Of a stretch of 64,000 nt of DNA, positions 10,691 through 20,311 are shown in pieces. Source of the stretch: Epithemia pelagica (Eukaryota > Protista > Bacillariophyta); assembly GCA_946965045.2 (NCBI GenBank), contig OX337240.1:2666001-2730000 (forward strand), in the 5' to 3' direction. Every line of letters starts with the position of its first letter. The stretch's first letter is position 1. The translations under genes were made by a program, and so were the position numbers. Under the pieces are notes generated by a model that was not told the DNA's origin, did not search any database, and saw nothing but the letters and a program-made list of their open reading frames with translations.

Positions 10691-11112
10691 GGTTGCGATT
10701 GTTCTTCTTTTTCGGACTTGTTCGGACTTTCCAGCGAAGTGAGCTTCGTTAGTTTTGGGGGAATTTTCACGTCATGGTCTCAGTTCTACTTGCGAGCGAG
10801 CGGTAGAATCGGAGTTTGAGAGCTTGCATGGTGTGCTAGGACGGCGCACGTCATTTAAGTAATGAACATGTCCGTATAGCTGCATCCTCAACGGCAGGAT
10901 GTTCGGCGCGTCCGCCATTGCCCGGTGTGTGCGCATATGCGGACCACACACCACATTCATCCATCTCGAGCCCCGTTGCAGGCGAGATATTGTTGAGAAG
11001 AATGGGAGTACAGGTATCCAACCTTGGGCAGTCATTCTTCCAAGCGAATGATCTAGATATTTCGCGACCTTCCCAGGCCATGGTGGGTATAGCATCTCAT
11101 TAGTTATTGCAT

Positions 11113-11126
11113 TGGGTCTGATAAAC
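11113..11126 (-). promoter_or_regulatory. Candidate primer-binding site complementary to a tRNA anticodon arm
   Basis: GTTTATCAGACCCA directly follows the 5' LTR; its complement TGGGT-CTGATAA-AC has anticodon-arm geometry. Not checked against host tRNAs. Confidence 0.5.
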
Positions 11127-11239
11127 CAAATTACGATCGTGCGTCTAAGTGAAAAACTGAAATAGTGAGCTCTAAGCTACGCGTCCCGCATGGGTTAGCT
11201 ACTTGCCCAAAATTCGCTTAATATCAGTCGCCTTTCTTG
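11127..11239 (-). repeat. 5' LTR of copia 1
   Basis: Direct repeat of 4977-5089. Confidence 0.92.
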
Positions 11240-12616
11240 GGAGCATAACTCATAACGATAACAATCAACAATACGATTACTGCGAGAAGTATGAGCTCTC
11301 TAGTAGACTGTCTACTGTCATAATCTTATGCCTGTACCGAGTACCTGCAATAGGTAGTATACCAACTTCCGGTAATTTTCGTTTGTTCTCGGCCCATGTT
11401 ATATTTCTTTTCGTCCTAAGTCCAAACTCTATAAACTTCGTCGCGTCACCGACCCTCGGCCGGGCTTCTGACGTGACGCATTTGACGAACGAAGAGCCAC
11501 TGACGAACTGGACGAAATAGCGTCACCCTCGACGAACGGGGATAAACAAGGCAAAGACATAGAAGAAGGATGGAACTTACACATAATTACTAAGTTAATG
11601 GATACATATCATTTACGATGGACATGGGTTGCAGGTAGGTTAGTCTTTTCGCTTGTGGATCACAGGCGTACTGAGACTGACGCTGTCGAGCGGAGGCCAC
11701 GGATCGTCATCGTGTCATCACCATCACTATGTCGGTAGGGAGCAGGGACAGGTGCTCCCATCACTATCCTTGGCATCCATGTTTCACTTTGTAAAGACTG
11801 TTTTTGAGCTTCACTCGTCGTATTTGATCGCTAAATAATAGAGCCTTGTCAAAGATGAAACGAGTTCTCACATAATATTTCCTACATTTCGTCAACGTCT
11901 CGTCAGGGGACGATGGGCAGACGTGACAAGACGCGTTTTTCGTCGAGTCAGATGACGAAATGGATTCGTGACGCCCAAACTGCAAACCTCCTGATTTTGT
12001 CAACGTGTTCTGTGCTTACCCATGACACTCAGCTGATCGCGGCTCGAGAACTCCCAACCCCAACAGCCTCTTCGGACTTTGGAATTCGTAGGCGACGCTT
12101 CACGTACAATTGCTTTCTGTTGACGTCCCTGAGTTCTTTTCTTGAAGGAACTACCGGTAGGAAGGAGCAACCTCGTGACGGGAAGACCTTTACACTCCTA
12201 TCTCGTCTACTCCTAGTCATAATTCATCATGCAAAATCACCCTAAAGAGAAAGCGACTCTATCCTTTGAGTGAAGAGCATATGAAAGAACATGACATTGT
12301 TCTTGTAAGAAGTGAGAAGCTTTTCCCTGTCAACTCTACGGACGAGCATAGAGGAGTACCTACTCCTAGTATCTAGGTACTCCCACGAGTAGACATTGAT
12401 AGCCGAGTACGAAGTCATTCGTGACTGAGCGCGCCTCAATAAGCGACTGATCAGAAATTACGACGCGCGCATCTCCATCGACGTGCTTTCCACGCGCCGG
12501 GGGAGACTCTTGGATGGATTCGCCAAACGTCTCTCCCACACCCACAAGAAGGGAGCGCCATCCAAACATCGATGCACATCTGGATGAACCATTAATGCTC
12601 GTGCTGCAGAGAAATC

Positions 12617-15010
12617 ATGAAAACGAAGGAAAGAACCTCCTACTCTCGTATGGCTTCCAGAGCCAGTCAACGAAAAAGCAAACGACCATTTCACCGTTTC
12701 TTCCCAAGGAATACATCCTCCTGTTTTCACATTGTATTGTGGTTGTCCGTCCTGCAAGCATGGACAACGTGGCACTTGTACAGTCATGTAGATCTTTTCA
12801 TGAACATGTACCAAATTATCGAAAGAGACGGTTCGTTCTGGTACAACAACAACAACTACCACATTGAGGCGGAGGAACCAGAACAAGGCAATGGTCAGGC
12901 GTGTCGGTACGATGGTCATTGTCCCATTGGAATGACATGCGGTGTGGTGGCCAAACACGACGACCATACGGAAATGCCAGGACAATGTCTTTTCCTGCCC
13001 ATTGTAGACAAGAACAATAAGGAAACGATCGATCGATCATCCCACCACCACCACGACCAAGACCGACTGGACTCTTGTGTTCAGGCCTGTCGCACCGAAT
13101 TGGAATGGGACGAGCACTTTTTTCATGGCACACAACCTCGCATCGTGTCGCATCAGGCCACGTCGTCGCACTCCAGACCGACTGGGTGTATTCTCGACTT
13201 TGTGCGACACTGGCCCGAGGAGGAATCTGCCGACGAGAACCACAACAACACGAATGAGGACGATTGGAAGACGGTGCATGCACACGATACCATGGTACCT
13301 CCCAACGAACCCGAACCCTCCATTGTCGCCTGGGAACAACACCGGTTTCGACATGTCGTACGAGTCGATCCGCTAAGGGTAACAACAACAACAGGAGTAG
13401 TACAATCCACCAATGAGACGGGCAAGAACAGTACCGATTCGACCCACTCAAAGGACAATGACGAACCATTCAAACTGTGGCGTGCCTATTGTTCGGCACC
13501 GTGTCACTCCCACCGTGATTGTAAAACCCAATCCACAATGCACCCGCATTCCTTGTGGTGGAATCCTGACAACGACGATGATGACGACTTATGGAAACAA
13601 CCCTGGCTCTGTGTGCAAGGAGCTTGTCAACGCAATTCGAAATTTTGGGAACCCACGACAAATCTTGTGTTGGACCCAAACGTGACAATCAAGACCAAGG
13701 ATGGCGGTTCTGCTACTTCCCATACCACCAATGAAACAATTCGAGCCATTTTACAGCAACGTCGGAACCAACACCAGTGGAACGAAATGGTGATTGTCAC
13801 GGCTGCCACCAATCCCTATTTTGATGGATTGCGCAATTTGGTTGCCTCGGCACGGTTTTGGGCACCCAATCATGCCGTCGTGATTTACAATTTGCGGGGA
13901 CTGAATCAACCCAATGAAACAGCCGAAGTACTTTCCTGGTCCAATGTCATTGCCATGGAATGGTGGGATAAGGGTATTCCCTCGCACTATCCCCGACATG
14001 TGCACAATGGCAAACAATATGCCTGGAAACCCCTGATTATACAAGAAACCCTGAAGCGGTATGGCATGATTTTTTGGTTGGATGCCGGTTCGACCTTGAC
14101 CGGTCCCATTTCTCCCGTCATTGATATCGTGAAACGGAATGGTCTGTTTTTAGTCAAAGGACAGGACACATCCATGCAAGCCAAATCCCATCCAGAAACA
14201 TATAGATGGTTTGGTTTGGACAAGGAAACCTTTCGGGGCACACAGCAACCTCATTTTTCCGGAAATACCCAAGCCTACCTGGCTCCTTCTCGTTTTGTGG
14301 AATCCATTGTCCAGTGCAATGCAGCGTGTGCGTGGAATGCATCGTGTATTGCTCCTCCAGGATCCACTTTGCGCAATCACCGATACGATCAAACCAGTTT
14401 GTCGCTGTGTGCCTATCATGCCCAAGCACCGCATCATACCGAATATTTGGCGGCCGATCAACGATCGTTGGCATCTAATATTTTGGAGGAAGCTTCCTAT
14501 CGCTTTGTATGGACGGCCCGCAAAAAATGTCGGACCTGTTATACCACGCAGACACAAAATTACTTGGACCGGGGCATTGTTCCCAAAAATTGGACGGCCA
14601 TGGATCCGAGTACGCGCATCTACCGCGTCGGGGCTCGACAAGCACATCATGTCAAAGTGGCCATTCATGGAGGAAACGCTCCTCCTTTGCCACGATTACG
14701 ACCGCAAGGTGTCAAGATCAAAACGTCCAACGGTCAAGGGGAACCAAAACCATTGGAACCTCACACGTTGATTTCCACGTCTGCTCCGACGAAAGCCGTC
14801 CCTGCGACAAACGTAACAAACGAGACGCAAGACATGATGGTGGATCGGAACACATCAAGTGTTCCAAAGACCATGGATGCAAGGAACAGTAGTACCACGG
14901 AGGAGACGATGGATGAAACGGTCACAACACATCCAACAGAGGCTACTATGCAAAGCATTGAAATGCCTAACTTTATATCGCATTCGAACCACCAGAAGAA
15001 TCAGCTGTGA
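12617..15010 (+). CDS. Type II membrane DUF1647-like (GT-A fold) putative glycosyltransferase
   Basis: N-terminal hydrophobic anchor (CFHIVLWLSVLQAWTTWHLY); IVTAATNPYF, VVIYNLRGL, YAWKPLII, WLDAG and HRYDQT motifs; Thr-rich C-terminal tail. Confidence 0.8.
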   Translation: MKTKERTSYSRMASRASQRKSKRPFHRFFPRNTSSCFHIVLWLSVLQAWTTWHLYSHVDLFMNMYQIIERDGSFWYNNNNYHIEAEEPEQGNGQACRYDGHCPIGMTCGVVAKHDDHTEMPGQCLFLPIVDKNNKETIDRSSHHHHDQDRLDSCVQACRTELEWDEHFFHGTQPRIVSHQATSSHSRPTGCILDFVRHWPEEESADENHNNTNEDDWKTVHAHDTMVPPNEPEPSIVAWEQHRFRHVVRVDPLRVTTTTGVVQSTNETGKNSTDSTHSKDNDEPFKLWRAYCSAPCHSHRDCKTQSTMHPHSLWWNPDNDDDDDLWKQPWLCVQGACQRNSKFWEPTTNLVLDPNVTIKTKDGGSATSHTTNETIRAILQQRRNQHQWNEMVIVTAATNPYFDGLRNLVASARFWAPNHAVVIYNLRGLNQPNETAEVLSWSNVIAMEWWDKGIPSHYPRHVHNGKQYAWKPLIIQETLKRYGMIFWLDAGSTLTGPISPVIDIVKRNGLFLVKGQDTSMQAKSHPETYRWFGLDKETFRGTQQPHFSGNTQAYLAPSRFVESIVQCNAACAWNASCIAPPGSTLRNHRYDQTSLSLCAYHAQAPHHTEYLAADQRSLASNILEEASYRFVWTARKKCRTCYTTQTQNYLDRGIVPKNWTAMDPSTRIYRVGARQAHHVKVAIHGGNAPPLPRLRPQGVKIKTSNGQGEPKPLEPHTLISTSAPTKAVPATNVTNETQDMMVDRNTSSVPKTMDARNSSTTEETMDETVTTHPTEATMQSIEMPNFISHSNHQKNQL

Positions 15011-15434
15011 TACAATCCTCGCCTACAACTGAAACGACTATGGAACAACACAGTAGTCCCCAGCGCCAACCAGCAAAGCGATGGAATCACCAAAGTTCGT
15101 CGCAAAGGCAAATCAATACCACCGACGACAAAACAATCGAGAAAAGGATACAACCCAATCATTAGAAAATGACAGTTTTTATTTACAAAGAATGCATACT
15201 CTATAGGAAGCGTCAAGGTTATTGGAAATTTCACCTTCGTGTGAATCCTAAGCCTGAGTAGACCGCGGCGTGTCTGTGCAATCCTTTTCCCGCCAGCAGA
15301 TGTCACAACCAAGCATGGTTATAGCATCTAAGATTAGCTACGGGTTCTAACCTTACCAAAGTCATGTAACGGCGACCGACGGTCAGGCATCGGCCACATG
15401 GTTCGTTGCGAAGTTCCAAAAAAAAGCTACAACC

Positions 15435-16100
15435 ATGGTCCGGTATCAAGCGTACGTGGTGTTTGAAGCGATCCCCGGCTGCGCTCTGGGTGTCTATGAA
15501 AACTGGGACGAGGCACGGCGTGCCACCGAAGGATGGTCGGAAGACCCGCAAGGATTTCGCACCGTCGAAGAGGCTCATCACGTGTGGACAGGAGGTTCAC
15601 CGCAAAACCCCACGAGATTCTACATTGTCCCCACGATATCCGGCGTCGTTCATACTGTGTATTACCGTGCCAAACTTGCGGCTGGTGGTAGGGGAAAGGA
15701 AAAGTATATTCTCAAGTTTCGCACCCGACAGGAAGCAGAAGAGAATCTCGAGAGTCTCGGCATTCAACCCATCCGCGAAGGAGAAGAAGTGGTCGAACAA
15801 GAAGCTCCCATAGAGCACAGTTTTCAGCAGCCCCCGTCCCTCCAAGGAGCTGTTGAAAGAGTTTCGGGAGAGGAGTTTGAAAATGATCATGATGCCCCTG
15901 TTGATCGTGCAGCTGTCAGTTATTTGGCCAATGCAATGACGGAGCGATTCAGTCTCCTCGTGATCACTATTCAGGACCATGAAACCATTTCCAGAATGAG
16001 TGAGTTTCCAGATGACACTCCTGAAGTTGTCTTGCCAGCGGTTGATCGTTACAATGACCCTCAGAACGTTATCGAGAATATGCCACAACAACTTCCGTAG
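15435..16100 (+). CDS. Protein with two RNase H1 N-terminal (hybrid-binding/viroplasmin-like) domains, no catalytic RNase H
   Basis: YVVFEAIPGCALGVYENWDEARRATEG...FRTVEEA and FYIV...KFRTRQEAEENL resemble the YAV..G...GIY..W.E.......F....EA pattern; acidic tail. Confidence 0.6.
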   Translation: MVRYQAYVVFEAIPGCALGVYENWDEARRATEGWSEDPQGFRTVEEAHHVWTGGSPQNPTRFYIVPTISGVVHTVYYRAKLAAGGRGKEKYILKFRTRQEAEENLESLGIQPIREGEEVVEQEAPIEHSFQQPPSLQGAVERVSGEEFENDHDAPVDRAAVSYLANAMTERFSLLVITIQDHETISRMSEFPDDTPEVVLPAVDRYNDPQNVIENMPQQLP

Positions 16101-16475
16101 ATTCAAGACATTTGTGGTATATGGTGCTCAATCAGTGTTGTCTCACAAAGACTATCAAATTTAGAATAGGGCTCACATCGAGTCTAGAAATGGAATGGTA
16201 TCGAAAATCGGATAACTGGTCGATCCTTCAAGTGCTTGTCATTGTATTTGGGCATCATGGATGTCTCGGCTCAATCCCAGTTCAGGGGGCCGGCGATTTC
16301 TGAGGTCGTCGTAGATGCGTGTCCAAACTTCAAGAATAAAGACTCAGTGATAAGTGTGGTGATCATGGTCCTGTACCATGGTCTTCAAACATTGAAATCC
16401 TTGATACTTGACATGTATTGCTAGGAACGGTCCAATCCGAGAGCCACCTCGAAACACTTGGAAACACGTCACAAG

Positions 16476-17101
16476 TAGGCAATGTAGAGGCCCAATCATT
16501 AGTTTCTGGAGAGGAGAGCGAATGTCTCTCCATGTTCTCCTATCGGACTTGTCGTCTCCTCATGGTGGAAATGATCCATCCAATACCCTGCCTTGTCATG
16601 AGTCATGAGATCAGACGAAGAGACGAATGCATGTAAATGCAAATGGTCGAACTAGAGAAGCAACGGCGTGGGTCACAGCGGCATTGTGCCCATGGCGTTT
16701 GGACAAGTTCCTCCAAGTTCCAACCGAAGCAAGGACTTGCTTCCGAATTCCGATTCAACTACCTAGGTATCGTCATCATGGGGCTCATTTGAAGAGATAC
16801 CACTTAGAATGTGTATTAGTTCTCCTTTGTGTACTATGATAGAGAATCGGGATTGGTCACCCAGTCAATTTATCGAATACATATTGGTCTTGCATAATTT
16901 TTCCTCCTGCATCTGCTCCGGATCATCCGTGGCCGCCTTTTGAGGTTGGGAATTGGGAATATGTGGCATGCCGAGAAACGATCGGCCACCGAGACCGAAA
17001 AATTAGGCACGGGCGTTTTCAAAGTGTCGACCGGCGTTTTTGCTTCTAGCTAAAGTTGGCACTCATTCCTGGATCGGACGTTGGAGCCATTCCGTCCATA
17101 T
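16476..17101 (+). repeat. Direct repeat A, copy 1 (626 bp)
   Basis: Matches 25014-25639; two substitutions seen (16774/25312, 16961/25499). Confidence 0.95.
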
Positions 17102-17316
17102 TTACCAGTCCTAAACGAGCGCGTCGTGTCGATGGCGCCAGCACAACATGGATCGGGCGCGCACCTTCCCCCAAAGAATGCGGCGCGGTCGACTCCTACC
17201 CAAGATAGATGAGAGAGAGACAGAGGAGCTCACAATCTTTGGTTTGTGCAGAGTCTCAAGCCATCACACGTTGTGACCAGAAGACTGGATCGTAGCGTAG
17301 ACACCTAAACAAAAAT
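17102..17316 (+). repeat. Direct repeat B, copy 1 (215 bp)
   Basis: Matches 23248-23462 and 24775-24989. Confidence 0.95.
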
Positions 17317-17355
17317 TGTTCGATTGTTGCCTTTGCCTTTGCTTACTTTTTCACT

Positions 17356-20311
17356 ATGACATTCAACGAGAACCCTTTTGACCTCCCTTCCGGTCCCGAC
17401 AAGACGATTCGTCGCTCTGATGCTGATGGTTTAGACCTTCTCGCGGATGTGGTGGAAAAGTCCTCGCTCCCAACCGGGACTACCTCGAAGTCTGCCAAGG
17501 CTGCGCCGCCTTCCATCCCGCCGACGGATAAGGGCGATCCCTTACCCTCTGATGAAGATTCTGCCTCCGTCCATTCGAAGCACCCTCCGAAGAAGAAGTC
17601 GAAGGTTGCGCGCGGGAATGGGATTCCCAAGTCTCCTTCCAATACTGCCAAGGTTACCCAAGATGACTTTGTTGATACCGATACCGATTTTCCGAAGACC
17701 CCAGAGAAAGTTCTAAAGAAGAAGAAGTCGAACCTCAAGAAAGACCCAACCGTTGAGATCCCTCCTTTTGAGACTCCTCCTCAGTTTTATGCTCGGATGA
17801 AGAAAGCCCTCCCTTCCAAGACGTGTTGCAAGTCAGAGTTGTTCTCCTACCCGTTTCCCCTCGACGAGACCGTCAAGTCGAAGTTCGATGCCATTGATAG
17901 CGACTTCTGGTCCGACTCCTTTTGCCGACCTTTCCATTTGACCGTGGAAAGTGATCCCGCTCACTGGGATTCACTTCTCTCCAAGTTTGACGATGTGAAG
18001 ACGCCGGCAGATTTCCAAGCCTTCTTGGAAATCCACTCGAAACGGAATCCTTTAGCCTTCCTTGGCTTTGATCGAAAGAAGAACCCTGTTGTGATTCATA
18101 ACATTTTCGTTTCTCCCGATTCCGGCTCGGTGCTTGCTCCGGACCCAGTTTTCCTTTGCTTTTGCAAAGATTCCCTAGACGTTCCCCCTGGTACATTTGA
18201 CCCAGAAGAACTTGCCTCGATCCTTAACAGCCTCGAATATCTTCGGATCCCATCCTTTGATGAGATTGTTTCTGCGTGCTTGATTAAAGATTCGGACTCC
18301 CTTTCTGGCCTTGCCTTTGATGCTTCCAAGTTTTCCGAGTTCGATCCCTACATTGCTTTTCCGGACAATCTCTCAGACAAGAAGGAAGACATCGAGTTTC
18401 GTTGCAAGCATCGGTTTGATTGTAAGAGTATTGTGTTGCTTCCGCCCTCAATCTCTGGTGAATTAATCAAGTTCTTGGATCCCTCTTGTCACTCGGTGCA
18501 CAAGAAGACCTCATACCCCAAGTTGAACATTCCGAACCTTGTTGCGTTCATCTTCGAAAAAAATTTTGTTGCGTTGGCGACGATCTTTTGAATACCCAAA
18601 CTGCCGTCCCGATTCCATCAAGTTCTCCGTTGAAGACCCACATTGTATTCGTTTTCGAGATACGATCCGTTTCCTTTGGGGAGTCAACCGTGGCAAAGTT
18701 ATCGTTGACGATATCTTCCTTGACCACCCCTCTGATTTCGGTAATGCGATGACAGCCGTCGAATTTTATTTCAAGACCTCTTTACCGGATCGTTTATCTG
18801 CGATGTATTCAACTCGTCGCGGCCCCCGTCCCCCAGCCTCCGAACGTTCTGGAAACTTTTCACCTTCGAAATCTCGACGCCCTATTCATGATGATCCTGT
18901 TGACTCTTCCGGAAATCACGAGTCCGCTGGTTCCCCGAAGATCTCGAAAGATATCTTGTACTTTACTTCACAAATGACCAAATCCATGACTGAGCACATC
19001 TCGAATGCTATGAATGATCGTCAAGACAAATTGACACAGGTGATTACTCAACAGAGCTCGATCATGAAATCTCAAGAAGACCGTCTGGACCACTTCAAAA
19101 CCTTTACAATCGATACGCGCAACGCAATCATCTATGGACAAGTTGGTCCTCATAGCACTTGTCTACCTTCCACTCCAACTGAAAAGGCTAAGGAGATCTT
19201 CAAGCAGAAGAATACGCACAACCTTTATACGACCATCCACTCCCAAGTATTTCGGCGGTCCGATAACACGTGCTTCTTGATCTTCGGCCAAGTGGGAGTT
19301 ATCCAAAAGTATGGACTTCGATGGCGTTCCGAAGAGCATCCTGGTGGATTCTCCCCTTTTTCTTTCGATCCGAATAACCATTCGGGTGCCTCGAATCAAC
19401 TAGCCCTGGATCATGATATCCATCAAGATATCTTCGAGTCTTCCCTTCGTCACTCCAACGGCCTTTCCACGAAAGAAATGAAAGATATCTTTTCGGACGA
19501 CAAGTTATTCTTTCCCTTAACCTCCGACCATTACGGAACTCAACTTCGGAGCTATCTGTGCTTTGCTGACGCCATTTGGGGCTCCGATTCATACATTGTC
19601 TCGAACATTCGAAAGATGTATGACCACCTACTTCGTCATCGTCGCGTGTATGTTGCCAATCAAGCCGATGACAGTTCATTTTTCTCCAGACTCTTGTTTT
19701 CCCTGGATAATTGCGTCCAAAACTTTATTGCTGATAACCTCGAAGATGCGACTTGTATCGAAGATATTTCAGGCGATGCGATTGACTTTCATACGAACAA
19801 ACTCTGTAACAAGATCATGAGCAAAGAGGATATCTGTCGAATGCCGAGATTTTTGAATTCAGCTGTCCAAGCCAAGTACAGGAATCAGAACAATTCCAAC
19901 AGCAATCATAATAACTCGGGTAATGGTAGAGGACGTGGTGGTTCCGATTCTAAACTCCCTGGAAACCCACCCGGACCCCTGCGAGCAAAACGTGGTCGCG
20001 AACATCAATCTAACTCCGTTCCAGATGCTCCAACCCCTGTGAAACCAAACTTCAACTATCCATCAGCTTGGAAACTCCCCTCGGAACTGAAGTACGGGCG
20101 TACCTTCCCTCGCTCTGTTTTGAACGACGTCCCTTCCATCACGGTTGAGGGATCGACTCGCCAATTCTGCGTAAAATTTTTCTGCCTTCAAATTTGTCGT
20201 AGTGGAGAGAAATGTTACTTCTCCCATGCCGATCCTTCACAACATGGGAAGCAAGACGAATTGGATGCATTTTTCAAGCAAGCTTTCGAGAGAGCCCGTA
20301 AGAACTCGTGA
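17356..20311 (+). CDS. YR-element Gag-like ORF1, split by a +1 frameshift at an A7 run (18557-18563)
   Basis: ORFs 17356-18591 and 18539-20311; deleting one A gives ...AFIFEKILLRWRRSFEY... (984 aa). C-terminal C-x8-C-x5-C-x3-H finger CVKFFCLQICRSGEKCYFSH. Confidence 0.8.

Larger units (their letters stand above)
4977..11239 (-). mobile_element. Ty1/copia LTR retrotransposon 1 (CoDi-like), apparently intact
   Basis: 113-bp direct repeats with 1 mismatch; flanked by GGAG (4973-4976, 11240-11243; TSD length ambiguous, 4-7 bp); gag then PR-INT-RT-RH order. Confidence 0.97.

Noticed and set aside
11380-11980. Cluster of GACGAA/TTCGTC motifs upstream of the glycosyltransferase gene
   Set aside because: Could not define TIRs, TSD or a regular period; may be ordinary promoter sequence.
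18561-18567. AAATTTT as a -1 slippery heptamer in the YR gag
   Set aside because: The downstream ORF is in the +1 frame, so a -1 shift would not join the two ORFs.
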